DNA of 64,000 nt from positions 108,004,001-108,068,000 of the forward strand of contig NC_043005.1 of NCBI RefSeq assembly GCF_006345805.1. Reading direction: 5' to 3'. The notes beneath the pieces are model-generated. The model searched no databases. It saw nothing but the letters and a program-made list of their open reading frames with translations, and had not been told where the DNA came from. Below, in pieces: positions 40,290 through 53,068 of this stretch (its first letter is position 1; the number at the start of each line of letters is the position of its first letter). The position numbers and the translations under genes were made by a program. Source of the stretch: Octopus sinensis. Taxonomy: Eukaryota.

Positions 40290-41313
40290 ATAAAAGGAAT
40301 TCCAACCTTGTCTCATTTTTACGTTTTATTCACAATCTTATAATGATATAAGATAATATAATATAATAAAATTAAATTAAATAATAGAATGTTAAATGTT
40401 CATTCTGATTGAACTAGTACTTTCATGCATTCAATTCTGCATGCATACATTTCACATTTATATATTATTATTATTATTATTATTATTATCTTTATTATTA
40501 TTACTATTATTCAAGTCACTGCCTGGAATTGAATTCGGAATCTTGGGGTTAGTAGCCCACACTCTAACAATAATAATAATAATAACATCAGAAAAATACA
40601 TTAGAAAGAGAACCCAGGTTTGAAATTCCCCCAGGACACCTGATGAAATTCCCCCACTCCACTTTCAGTTTCCTTTTCAAGTGAAACTTAAGAAGTCAAT
40701 GAAGAGCTCTACCAAAGAGGAATGTATCTGACCTCATGCCTTTCAGCCTTGTCTACCAAAGAACCTCTTTTGCCACAGCCACCAGGCAAAGAAAAACTGC
40801 CTTGCCTGCTCGATTGCAGGAGGGCAGTGGGACAATCATCACTACAAACTTGGTCGACAGTATACAAGTATAAAGATGGAAATATGAAGCCGGCAGTTTG
40901 TGCTTCAAGTTCACTGAGAGCAGTGGGAAAATGTATAGTCAGATAGAGAAGAAGGCTCTATCGATTATTTTTGCGGTAAAAAAAATTCACAAATTTCTAC
41001 ATGATAGAGGTTTTTTGTTACAAACCGACCATAGACCATTGCTATCAATTTTCAGATCAAAGAAAGGATTGCTTACCCATACAGCGAACAGACTACAATG
41101 TTGGGGTACAATTTGCTGAACTACGATTTTAAGAGGCAGTATATTCCATCAAAGAAAATTGATCATGCAGGCTGCTTATCGAGGTTAATTCCCAAGAGAA
41201 TGGAACTGCTAGAAGAGACCTTGGTAGTGTCATTGCAGTCAGAGAATGAAGTAAGGAGTATAATCCAGGAACTGTCGGTGACAATGCCTGATATAACAAT
41301 GTAATCCCTAGAG

Positions 41314-41516
41314 CAGTGGTTTTCAACCTTACGGTTCCGCCAGTACAGTCCAAGGGTTCCGCAAGAAGTTACAAAACTGCTAAAATCGGCAGTAATTTTT
41401 AATTCTCCTGTGCAGATATGTGTGCATAAGACTATTAAATTATTGCACAGGGGTTCCTCGAGCCAGTGGAATGTTTCCTTGGGGTTCCGCTCCAGCAAAA
41501 AGTTTGAAAAGCACTG
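41314..41516. mobile_element. hAT MITE nested in the Gypsy relic
   Basis: TIRs CAGTGGTTTTCAACCT / AGTTTGAAAAGCACTG; perfect 8-bp TSD CCCTAGAG. Confidence 0.9.
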
Positions 41517-42052
41517 CCCTAGAGGATAGTTACATTACAAGATTGAAAGAAAGAAACATTGAAAAATAAGCAAAATAAAAATATAAATTCAAATAATTCC
41601 TCACTATACGACAATGTCTTGATGTACACGCAGAGAGGGCACTACAGAAACGAGTATTACAACAGTTCCACTGTGGGCACCCGGGAATGTCCAGAATGAA
41701 AGCTTTAATAAGGAACTTTGTATTTTGATATACTATAGAGAGGGAAATCGAGAAGTTGGTGAAAACATGTAGAGGTTGTACATTGACAACCAAAGCTCCA
41801 CCAGTTATATTAATAATCATGACTAGAGAGAGAGAGCTCATGGTTCAGGATACATATCGACTACGCTGGACCAGTAAACAACCCCTACTATGTAATCCTT
41901 GTGGTTAGCTATACAAAGTGGCCAGAGGAATGCAGATGTAATAAACCCACAGCAAAGGCAATAATAAAGTTCCTCCTCGAGTTATTTGCTCGACGCTGGG
42001 TTCCAGACATCTTAGTTTCAGATAATGGAATGACAATTCATGGGATATGAAT

Positions 42053-42458
42053 TACTCTTTTACTTTTTTCAGTCATTTGACTGCGACCATGCTGGAGCAC
42101 CGCCTTAAATTGAGCAACTCGACCCCGGGACTTATTCTTTGTAAGCCCAGTACTTATTCTATCGGTCTCTTTTGCCGAACCGCTAGGTGACGGGGACATA
42201 AACACACCAGCATCGGTTGTCAAGCAATGCTAGGGGGACAAACACAGACACACAAACAAACGTGTCTCTCCCAAATGCACACACATATATATATACATAT
42301 ATACGACAGACTTCTTTCAGTTTCTGTCTACCAAATCCACTCACAAGGCTTTGGTCGGCTCGAGGCTATAGTAGAAGACACTTGCCCAAGTTGCCACGCA
42401 GTGCAACTGAACCCGGAACCATGTGGTTGGTAAGCAAGCTACTTACCACACAGCCACT
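42053..42458 (-). mobile_element. SINE family B nested in the Gypsy integrase region
   Basis: reverse complement of family B consensus. Confidence 0.9.
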
Positions 42459-43259
42459 GCAAAATACATGCCATAACATCTTTATCTCAAGGTCAATGGG
42501 CAGCCAGAAAGATTTGTCAACACGTTTAAAAGACCTCTAAGTAAAGCTAAGAACGAGCTAGATAATGACGAGACACCAACGAAATTTTTGAGAGTATATA
42601 GAATAACACCAAATCCAAATACTAATTCAGGAAAATCACCAGCAGGTTTAATGTTCGCGTGTGAAATAAAATCGATTTTTGATCAATTATTGCCAGGAAA
42701 AGATACATATAAAGGAAAGACAAAAAAATGCATTTGAAGGAATTACAAAAAATATTACAAAACATTTCTAAATAGGAGATAAATTTCACTTTAAAAATTA
42801 GAAAAATGGCAAAGAAGGTCGGGAGGATGGCTATGGAATCAAAAGATTATGTAACATGATGTATTTAATTAAAGGACAACGTTCGGAACATAAGAGACAC
42901 CTTAACCAGTTAAAGATGAGATATACAGAAAAATGAAGGATAATACCAATGGAAATCTTCTATGATATGTTTGAAGTGTCTGCACCAAGAGATATCGAAC
43001 TCCATAGAACTAGCTTCAGAAAGCAAAATCAGACTGGATATCTGGAAGTAATACGTAAACAAAAAAAGATATTAAATTTTCAAAAAGGAAAGAAAAAACA
43101 AGACAAGAGTGCTTTGACAACAAAAAGAAAAAAGTGCTGTGAAGTTGAAAGTTGTCAGTTCACAAAAAAACTGGTTCGTAGAAATTTGTTAGTCTGTTAC
43201 ATTGTTTTTTTTACTGTTGTCTGGTTATTTTATTTATTGTACATAACAATTATGTTACA

Positions 43260-43287
43260 ACAAATAATGATGATGTTGATGATGATG

Positions 43288-43342
<55 letters not shown>

Positions 43343-43805
43343 TATTAATAATAAGAAGAAGAATAATAATAATAAGAAGATGATGATGATGATGAAGAAG
43401 AATGATAATAATAACAATATTAATAATAAGATATTGAAGAAGAAGAAGAAGATGAGGATGATGATGAAGAAAAATGATAATAATAATAATAATAGTAATA
43501 ATAATAATAATGATAAAAACAATAATAATAATAATAATAGTAATAATAATAATAACAATAATAATAATAATAACAATAATAATAATAATACTAACAATAA
43601 TAATAATATAATAATAATAATAACAATAATAATAATATCAATAATAATAATAATATTAATAACAACAACAACAATAGTAGTAATAACAACAACAATAATA
43701 ATAATAACAATATTAATAATAATAATACTAACAATAATAATAATAATAACTAATAATAATGACAATAATAGTAACAACAACAACAACAATAACAATAATA
43801 ATGAC

Positions 43806-43840
<35 letters not shown>

Positions 43841-43866
43841 TGATGATAATAATAATAATAATAATG

Positions 43867-43900
<34 letters not shown>

Positions 43901-44016
43901 TGATAATAATAATAATAATAATAATAATATTAATAATAATAATCATAAAAATAATAATAATAATAATAATGATAATAATAATGATAATAATAATAATAAT
44001 TATAATAATAATAATG

Positions 44017-44065
<49 letters not shown>

Positions 44066-44157
44066 TGATAATAATATAATAATAATAATATAATAATAAT
44101 AAAATAATAATAATAATAATGATGATGATGATGATGATGATAATAATAATAATAATG

Positions 44158-44190
<33 letters not shown>
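43260..44190. repeat. long compound (AAT)n/(GAT)n/(AAC)n microsatellite
   Basis: directly visible. Confidence 0.95.
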
Positions 44191-44947
44191 TAGAATGTAG
44201 CATGTAACATGCTGGCACAGAAAGAACACAAGAAAAGACATGACAACCTAGGGAGAATAATAGAGTTAGCAACTATAGACTAATCACTTGCTTACCATAA
44301 GTGTGGAAGCAGTTAACAGGAATGCTTTCAGAAAGCATAACCAGAATTTACTGCCAGAAGAACAGAAGAGTTGCAGGAAGCAACAGTTCTAAATGAAGTA
44401 AAAGCTAGAAAGAGAATCTAACAATAGCATGGAAAGATTATAGGAAATCCTATGACATGATCCAACACTCATGGATAAGTGAATGTTTGAGTATATTCAG
44501 TACAGCAGACAACATAAGAGAATTATTTGGCCTGAGCACGAAGAAATGGAAAGTAGATCTCTATACAGGTGACACACTCTTAGGGAAAGGTAATATCAAA
44601 AGAGGAATTTTCCAAGGGGACTCATTATCCCCTTTCATATTTGTCTTATGTTTGATACTCCTCAGTTTAGTATTAAGGAAGGCAAAGTCAGGGTATCAGT
44701 TCAGAAATAGTAAGGGAAAAATTAACCATTTGCTCTACATGGATGATCTGAAGCTTTTTAGTAAGAATGAAAACGAAATAACGTAAAGTATACTAGCCAT
44801 CTCAATATGGCTAACCACTAAGGGTGGGTGTTGCTGTAGCTTTTAGCCCCAGGAGAACATCGTCTCCAGCTGGCTTTAGGCACACTTCCTGTGCCCTTAT
44901 GGTATTTGCAAAGGGAGGTCATCCCTCTCTCGTAAACCTAAGTGATA

Positions 44948-44992
44948 CGCATGGACTGCAGTTTCTAGGTATTTGCCTGTCTTCAGCGTACG
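44948..44992 (-). ncRNA. minimal type I hammerhead ribozyme (inverted copy)
   Basis: Minus: CGTACG-CTGAAGA-CAGG(CAAATA)CCTA-GAA-AC(TGCA)GT-C-CATGCG. Confidence 0.7.
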
Positions 44993-45170
44993 GCAGTCAC
45001 CGGTTTACGAGGCTAGTATACTTTACTTTGTCGAGCAGTTACTGTTTACATCTCGTTCAGAGATTTATTATAGCTTGCAGACAGTTTTTCGAAATCAGTG
45101 ACGGAAGTTACTAGAAAAACCTATAAGTATTTGCAAACAGGTCTCCCTTTCATCGTAAACCAGTGACTGC

Positions 45171-45215
45171 CGTACGCTGAAGACAGGCAAACACCTAGAA
45201 ACTGCAGTCCGTGTG
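45171..45215 (+). ncRNA. minimal type I hammerhead ribozyme
   Basis: CGTACG-CTGAAGA-CAGG(CAAACA)CCTA-GAA-AC(TGCA)GT-C-CGTGTG. Confidence 0.75.
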
Positions 45216-46848
45216 TGTCAATTAGGTTTCTTCTTCTTATTATTATTATTATTATTATGCAAATACCATAAGGGCACAGAAAGTGTGCCTAAAGCCAGCT
45301 GGAGACGATGATCTCCTGGGGCTAAAAGCTACAGTAACACCCACCCTTAGTGGTTAGCCATATTGGGATGGCTAGTATACTTTATGTTGTCGAGCGGTTA
45401 CTGTTTACATCTCATTCAGAGATTTATTATTGCTTGAAAAAGAAATAGATTCCTTAATAAAGACTATAAGACTCTTCATCAAAGATATAGGCATGGAATT
45501 TGACATAGATAAGTGTGCAATATTAGTCATGAGAAGGCGACAGGTAGTCAACAGTGAAGGCATCAAATTGTCTGATGGCCAGACAATAAAATCATTGAAA
45601 GGAGGAGAGAGTTATAAGTATCTAGGAGTATTAGAATCTGACATGATATGAAAACGGCAATTAAGGAATACCTCAGAAGGATGAGAAAGCTAATGGAGTC
45701 AAAGCTAAATGGTCCGAATCTAGTGAAGGCAGTTAATTCTCGGGCAGTATCATTACTTCGATACTCAGCAGCTTTTGAATTAGTAAAGCTAGAGAGAAGA
45801 ACTAGGAAGGAATTCAATATGAATGGAGGACTCCACCGAAAAGCAGGAGTAGCAACATTATACTTATCTAGCAAAGAGGCAGAAGAAGGTTAATATCAGT
45901 AGAAGAATGCAGGGAGTTAGCTAGAGTAGATATAGACTCCGATGTGGGTAATGGTGAAGTAAGTTTACTAAAAGCTGCTAGAGTTATAGCAAGACATAGG
46001 GAAACCAACAATCCAAATGAAGTTAAAAACCAGAAAAAAGAGCAGAAGTTATTTGGCTGGCAGGAGAAGGTATTGCATGGTAGATTCCCAAAGATAGTTG
46101 GAGCAAATTGTAGAAGTGTGGCATGGTTATAGTTGCAGAAAGGAAAGATGAATAGGGAGACAGAGAGTTTGCAAGTAGCTGCATAAGATCAAGCATTAAG
46201 GACTAATTAAATAAAAGTCAAGATAGGCAAAAACCAAGTAGATTCCCAGTGTAGGTTATACAAATCAAAGGAAGAAAGCATTACTCATGCAGTTAGTGAA
46301 TGTAGCATGCTGGCATAGAAAGGATACAAGAAAAGACATGACAACTTAAGGAGAATAATCCACTGGGAGTTATGTAGAAAGCTAGGATTTGAACATACTG
46401 ATAAACGATATGAACAGGAACCTACTAAAGTACTAGATAGTACGAAATACATGATATTGTGGGACTTCAACATTCAGACTGGCAGAGAAGCTAGAAGGCC
46501 TGATTTAGTAGTAAATAAAAAGAATAGATAATTGACTTTACAGTCCCATTATGGGAAAATCAATACAAGAGGTATAGAAAAAAACAGCAAAGTACCGGGA
46601 TCTAACCATTGAATTACAGAGACTATGGAAAGTGCGGGTAAAATGTATCCCAGTAGTTATAGGAGCATTGGGAACTATCCCTAAAGATCTGAAAGGCATA
46701 AAACCCAGTTTAGTATAGCTCCAGAAAACAGTGTTATTAGGGACAGTTAGGATTCTTAGAAGGAGTCTTAGCATCTGAGTTTACTTGTTGTAGCCTGATG
46801 TTAGGATTTTTTCGTTTCCAACATCCTAATTTGTTTTGTGCATATGAA

Positions 46849-46893
<45 letters not shown>

Positions 46894-47001
46894 AAAAATA
46901 ATAATAATAATATTAATAATAATAATAATAATATTAATAATAATAATAATAATAATGATTACAATAATAATAACAACAATAACAATAACAATAATAATAA
47001 T

Positions 47002-47047
<46 letters not shown>

Positions 47048-47052
47048 TAATG

Positions 47053-47131
<79 letters not shown>

Positions 47132-47217
47132 TAACAACAACAACAATAATAATAACAACAATAACAATAATAATAATATAATAATAATAATAACAACAAT
47201 AACAATAATAATAATAA
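46849..47217. repeat. (AAT)n microsatellite
   Basis: directly visible. Confidence 0.95.
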
Positions 47218-48380
47218 CGTATAGAAGGTGGTAGAGGCCTTATACAGCTGGAAAACTACTATAAAATAACCACCATAGGACTGCAAAAATATCTACTTCA
47301 GAAGGAAGGAAAACTGATCCAGATAGCAGCAAAACATGAGCAAAACAAAAAACTGTTCTCAGTATTTTAGGAAGCTGACAAATACAAACAAGAATCATAC
47401 CACCTAATAAACATGAAGAAGAAGAAGAAGAAGAAGAAGATGAAGAAACAACAAAAGCTATAAAACAAATGAAATCCAAACTAAAAATAGAACAGCAACG
47501 AACCATGATAAAACGATGGCAAGAAAAGCCCCTTCATGGTAAATAATGCACTAAACTAAACGCAAAAGAAATAGACAAAGAAAAATCCCAGCAATGGTTG
47601 AGAAGCTCAGGACTCAAAGCAGAAACAGAGGGATTTTTAATTGCAGCACAAGACCAAAGCCTCCCCACCAGAAATTACCAAAAACATGTAATGAAAAGAA
47701 ATATTACAAGTAACTGCAGAATATGTGGAGATGGACAAGAAACAATAAATCATATTATCTCTAGCTGCCCAGTCCTGGCTAAGAAGGAATATATTCACAG
47801 ACACGACAGAGTTGGAACCTACATACATTGGAAGCTATGCCAACATTATGGGATAACAACAGAAAAAAGATGGTATAGGCACACACCAGAAAAGGTCACA
47901 GAAAACGAGAAAGCAACCATACTCTGGGATATGCCGATACACACAGATAGAGAAATTAAGGCCAACAGACCAGATATAGTTGTCAGAGATCATGAAGAAA
48001 AAAAATGCTTTCTAATTGATGTATCAATACCGGCAGATGACAACGTGTCTCTAAAAGAAATGGAGAAACTCTCAAAATACAAAGACCTGGAAATAGAGGT
48101 AACTAGAATGTGGAATCTGAAAACAGAAACAATTCCTATCATAGTAGGTGCATTAGGCATGATAAAAAAATATTCAGACAAATACATAACAAAGACACCA
48201 GGACTTACAAACACATATAACATACAGAAAATTGCACTACTAGGCACTGCACACATCCTACGCAGAACACTTTCCATACAATAACCATCAGAGCATCACA
48301 ACAAATCACAGCACATACCAAGGCACACAGAGCTGCGCTCGGTAGTGAAGTGAAAGCACGCTATAAAAATAAAACTACTG
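47218..48380 (+). mobile_element. 5'-truncated, little-decayed R4/Dong-like retrotransposon, copy 1
   Basis: ORF 47598-48284 has AAQDQ, CRICG..HIISSC zinc knuckle, RHD, RPDIVV..LIDV..EK..KY RLE motifs; ends in (AAT)n. Confidence 0.9.
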
Positions 48381-48471
48381 AATAATAATAATAAATAATA
48401 ATAATAACAACAATAACAATAATAATAATTAATAATAATAATAATAACAACAATAACAATAATAATAATAA

Positions 48472-49622
48472 CGTATAGAAGGTGGTAGAGGCCTTATACA
48501 GCTGGAAAACTACTATAAAATAACCACCATAGGACTGCAAAAATATCTACTTCAGAAGGAAGGAAAACTGATCCAGATAGCAGCAAAACATGAGCAAAAC
48601 AAAAAACTGTTCTCAGTATTTTAGGAAGCTGACAAATACAAACAAGAAATCATACCACCTAATAAACATGAAGAAGAAGAAGAAGAAGATGAAGAAACAA
48701 CAAAAGCTATAAAACAAATGAAATCCAAACTAAAAATAGAACAGCAACGAACCATGATAAAACGATGGCAAGAAAAGCCCCTTCATGGTAAATACTGCAC
48801 TAAACTAAACGCAAAAGAAATAGACAAAGAAAAATCCCAGCAATGGTTGAGAAGCTCAGGACTCAAAGCAGAAACAGAGGGATTTTTAATTGCAGCACAA
48901 GACCAAAGCCTCCCCACCAGAAATTACCAAAAACATGTAATGAAAAGAAATATTACAAGCAACTGCAGAATATGTGGAGATGGACAAGAAACAATAAATC
49001 ATATTATCTCTAGCTGCCCAGTCCTGGCTAAGAAGGAATATATTCACAGACACGACAGAGTTGGAACATTGGAAGCTATGCCAACATTATGGGATAACAA
49101 CAGAAAAAAGATGGTATAGGCACACACCAGAAAAGGTCACAGAAAACGAGAAAGCAACCATACTCTGGGATATGCCGATACACACAGATAGAGAAATTAA
49201 GGCCAACAGACCAGATATAGTTGTCAGAGATCATGAAGAAAAAAAATGCTTTCTAATTGATGTATCAATACCGGCAGATGACAACGTGTCTCTAAAAGAA
49301 ATGGAGAAACTCTCAAAATACAAAGACCTGGAAATAGAGGTAACTAGAATGTGGAATCTGAAAACAGAAACAATTCCTATCATAGTAGGTGCATTAGGCA
49401 TGATAAAAAAATATTCAGACAAATACATAACAAAGACACCAGGACTTACAAACACATATAACATACAGAAAATTGCACTACTAGGCACTGCACACATCCT
49501 ACGCAGAACACTTTCCATACAATAACCATCAGAGCATCACAACAAATCACAGCACATACCCAAGGCACACAGAGCTGCGCTCGGTAGTGAAGTGAAAGCA
49601 CGCTATAAAAATAAAACTACTG
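48472..49622 (+). mobile_element. 5'-truncated R4/Dong-like retrotransposon, tandem copy 2
   Basis: near-identical to copy 1 with the same 5' truncation; 10-bp deletion near 49067 splits the ORF. Confidence 0.9.
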
Positions 49623-49671
49623 AATAATAATAATAAATAATAATAATAATAATAATATTAACAACAATAAC

Positions 49672-49703
<32 letters not shown>

Positions 49704-49803
49704 CAATAATAATAATAATGATAACAACAACACCAATAATAATAATAACAACAACAACAACAACTACAATAATAATAATAACAACAACAACAACAACAAC
49801 AAC

Positions 49804-49836
<33 letters not shown>
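49623..49836. repeat. (AAT)n/(AAC)n microsatellite
   Basis: directly visible. Confidence 0.95.
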
Positions 49837-49837
<1 letters not shown>

Positions 49838-49881
49838 TGTGTATGTATACACATATATTTGTTTATATATATGAATGTAAA

Positions 49882-49978
49882 CACATCATCATCATCATCA
49901 TCATCGTTTAGCGTCCGCTTTCCATGCTAGCATGGTTTGGATGGTTCAACTGGGGTCTGGGAAGCCAGAAGGCTGCAC
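49882..49978 (-). mobile_element. family D 3' tail fragment
   Basis: (CAT)n-CGTTTAGCGTCCGCTTTCCATGCTAGC..GGGGTCTGGGAAGCCAG. Confidence 0.75.
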
Positions 49979-50324
49979 TCACATACATACATATTTGTGT
50001 GTGGATGTGTGTGTGTGTGTGTGCGCGTGTGCATTATCAGATTGAGTATAACAAAAACAAACAAAAAAATAGTTACATTCGAGTTTGAGCATAGCAGCAA
50101 GTGAACCATTCCAGTACACTAGCAGAAAGAGTAGAAGTAGAAGGAAAAAGTGTTTTCATGGGCTAATGATAGTTGTTTAGCTCTACGATAATCCTGATTG
50201 AGCTGGTTCATCCTTACAGGCTTTACAATGATATAGTGGTTTTAGAGATATATAGGATTGCACTTTCCAAATTATCCTTTCCTCATTTTTGATTTGTGGG
50301 GAGGTGAAGCGATTTGGTTACTAT

Positions 50325-50584
50325 TTAACCCTTTTCTTGTATTCTTTCTGTGCCAGCATGCTACATTCACTTACCCTAACTGAAACCGGCTCTGGCTTCG
50401 TAATACAAATGTTTTGTTTTCATAAGTTTTGGATTAAAATCTTCCACCAAACCTTTGTTACAATTTATTTTCCTAATGCAAGCTTAATGATAACTGAGTT
50501 ATTTTACTAAGTTCTTTGTTATATCTAAAGTAATTGAAAGAAACACAGAGCATCTCAAAATAAATACAGTAACGAAAGGGTTAA
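50325..50584. mobile_element. piggyBac-like MITE remnant
   Basis: TTAA|CCCTTT ... AAAGGG|TTAA; contains a ~40-bp inverted R4-like scrap. Confidence 0.5.
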
Positions 50585-50589
50585 ACCAC

Positions 50590-51170
50590 AGAGAAGTTTT
50601 CTCACTGGGTCAGACATGTAATGGTTTTTTTGCTGTTGCAAAGTTGGTGCAGAAAGTTACCTGTACAAGAGGGTGTCATCATTAATGTGATGATAACCAT
50701 AGACAAAAGTGAGGGCAGTAGGGCAGCAGTGCAGCAGTTAGCAATGACTAAGTGATAACAATGTTTTAAAAGGATGCTGTACACAGTTGGGTATTATTAT
50801 AAGTTAGTTGAAGATGCAAATTCCAAGTAAAAGAATGAAGAATTTACCATGGCCTGGTGTTACCTTAAGAGCAGTGTTTGAAGACAATGGCAAAATTGCT
50901 ATCAGGGATGGTGGTCCCTTATAGTTAGATTATTAATATTTAGAAGTTGTGTAAAAATATCTTTATACTTATGATTATTGTTCCTGGCTTGAACTCCTCT
51001 ATTCTTGAAAGAAAACCACAAGCGTTTCTGTAAGTGGTGTCTGCAATACCATTTAGGATTCCCTTTGTAGCTGAGAGGCTTTTGCAAACTTGAAAGGCTC
51101 TAGAAATTTTCTTTGTAGTTTCAGAATGCATTGACCTTCTTCTAAATAATGCCTTCTTAATACCAAGCAT
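50590..51170 (-). pseudogene. decayed non-LTR RT N-terminal fragment, probably R4-like
   Basis: KTITCLTQ resembles RPITCL; otherwise weak. Confidence 0.35.
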
Positions 51171-51349
51171 ATAAGTACCCTTTTTATATATAACGTAACA
51201 TTACGTCATAGAAATATAAAGGGAATTTTGCTACGTATACAGAAGCAGGCAAATTTGTAAAGCTTTGAATAATGTCAAAGAAAAAATGTTGCTTCTGGGA
51301 AAAGTTGCTTGCATTGTCATTACATAGGACAATGCAGTAAGGATAATGC

Positions 51350-51516
51350 GATGATGATGATGATGATGATGATGACGACGACGACGACGATGTTGCTGAT
51401 GATGATGATGATGATGACGATGATGATGATGTTGATGATGATGATGATGGTTATGATTGTGAGGATGATGATGATGACGATGATGATGATGATGATGATG
51501 ATGATGGTGATGATGA
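51350..51516. repeat. (GAT)n microsatellite
   Basis: directly visible. Confidence 0.95.
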
Positions 51517-51690
51517 TTCTTTCCAATTTTGGCACAAAGCCAGCAATTCTAAGGGGTGGAGGAAGTCTATTACATCAATCCCAGCATTAAATTGACATTT
51601 ATTTCATGGATCTTGAAAGGATGAAAGGCAACATTGGACCTTGGTGAAATTCGAACTCAAAATGTAAAGCTAGAAGAAATGCTTAACAGC
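51517..51690 (-). mobile_element. old SINE family C; head remnant continues at ~52200-52233
   Basis: GAAAGGATGAAAGGCAA..GACC..GAACTCA core; TGCCAGCTTGCTGCCTT head after the inserted tRNA and SINE B. Confidence 0.6.
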
Positions 51691-51698
51691 ATCTTGTA

Positions 51699-51770
51699 GC
51701 ATTGGTAGTATAGTGGTAAGTATCCCCGCCTGTCACGCGGGAGACCGGGGTTCGATTCCCTGCTGGAGAG
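51699..51770 (+). tRNA. tRNA-Asp(GTC)-derived sequence, probable pseudogene
   Basis: TAGTATAGTGGTAAGTATCCCCGCCTGTCACGCGGGAGACCGGGGTTCGATTCCC matches the metazoan tRNA-Asp body; anticodon GTC at 51732-51734; acceptor stem GCATTGG/CTGGAGA poorly paired; no T-run terminator. Confidence 0.8.
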
Positions 51771-51786
51771 GCTTCCATATAGTTAT

Positions 51787-52198
51787 AGGCGTAGAAGTGG
51801 CTGTGGGGTAATTAGCTTGCTTACAAACCACATGGTTCTGGGTTCAGTCTCACTGCGTGGCACCTTGGGCAAGTGTCTTCTACTATAACCTCGAGCTGGC
51901 TAAAGCCTTGTGAGTGGATTTGGTAGACGGAAACTGAAAGAAGCCTGTCGTATGTATATATATATATATATGTAAGTATGTATGTGTGGATATGTTTGTG
52001 TGTCTGTGTTGTCCCCCCAACATCACTTGACAACTGATGCTGGTGTGTTTACGTCCCTTTAACTTAGTGGTTCAGCAAAAAAGACCGAAAGAGTAAGTAC
52101 TGGGCTTACAAAGAATAAGTCCAGGGGTCGATTTGCTTGACTAAAAGGCGGTGCTCCAGCATGGCCACAGTCAAATGACTGAAACAAGTAAAAGAGTA
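51787..52198 (+). mobile_element. SINE family B, full length
   Basis: family B consensus. Confidence 0.9.
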
Positions 52199-52667
52199 AG
52201 TGCCATAATCACTTTTGCCAGCTTGCTGCCTTCATAATAAGCCATGATTGCTTCTTCCTGTTATGGAGACTTAAACTAACTAAATTGGTTCTCTATTACC
52301 TCTTAATTTTTCTCTAAAATCTTCCCCTCAGGCTTCAAACAAACTGAATCATGAATTGGTCATTAAATGCTACTGAGTTTGCAGTGATACCATGTCTGGT
52401 CATTCAATTTATTACTGCATATCACTGTACTGTGTTGTAGCATATTCTAAGACTAACAGAAAATTCGTATATAGTACAAACTAGTTGCTATTCAGAAACT
52501 AATTTTCTCATAAAGTTTTAGAACACATTGCAGATTATTAAATTTATATATCTGTCACTGTTATTCCTCTGTGTATTGGCCCTTCCCTCAAAAATGCATA
52601 TCTTGAAGCCTATATCAAACCATGGTTAACACTCAGTAGGACCTTAATAATTTAATTCTCTTTCTCT

Positions 52668-53068
52668 TTCTCTTTTACTTGTTGCAGTCATTTGACTGTG
52701 GCCATGCTGGAGCACCACCTTTAGTCGAGCAAATTGCCCCCAGGACTTATTGTTTGGAAGCCTAGTACTTATTCTATCGATCTCTTTTGCCAAACCGCTA
52801 AGTTACGGGGGACGTAAACACACCAACATCGGTTGTCAAGCAATGTTGGGGGGACAAACACAGACACACAAACATATACACACACATACATATATATATA
52901 CATACATATATACGAGAGGCTTCTTTCAGTTTCCATCTACCAAATCCACTCACAAGGCTTTGGTCAGCACGAAGCTATAGTAGAAGACACTTGCCCAAGG
53001 TGCCATGCAGTGGGAATGAACCCAGAACTATGTGGTTGGTAAGCAAGCTACTTACCACACAGCCACTC
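52668..53068 (-). mobile_element. SINE family B, full length
   Basis: reverse complement of family B consensus. Confidence 0.9.

Larger units (their letters stand above)
40860..43000 (+). pseudogene. decayed Ty3/Gypsy pol (RNase H and integrase)
   Basis: YSQIEKKALSIIFAVKKIHKFL..LQTDHRPLLSIF..ANRLQCWG; HCGHPGMSRMKAL..VKTCRGC; WFRIHIDYAGP; LVSDNG; no LTRs recognised. Confidence 0.9.
44781..45430. mobile_element. foldback element with two opposed hammerheads, inserted in the R4-like RT
   Basis: 44784-45010 inverted at 45153-45385; 45011-45070 repeated directly at 45371-45430; flanks TGAAAACGAAATA / TGAAAAAGAAATA. Confidence 0.85.
44190..46848 (+). pseudogene. decayed R4/Dong-like non-LTR retrotransposon (RT plus restriction-like endonuclease)
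   Basis: NYRLITCLP, RGIFQGDSLSP, HLLYMDDLKLF, YKYLGV, KRHD, ILWDFNIQT, RPDLVV; both ends abut (AAT)n. Confidence 0.85.

Noticed and set aside
40175-40650. Partial hammerhead-like pieces near 40190(-) and CTGATGA at 40640
   Set aside because: Each has only half of the core
43250-44272. Long poly-N/I/L/Y ORFs
   Set aside because: Translations of (AAT)n microsatellite
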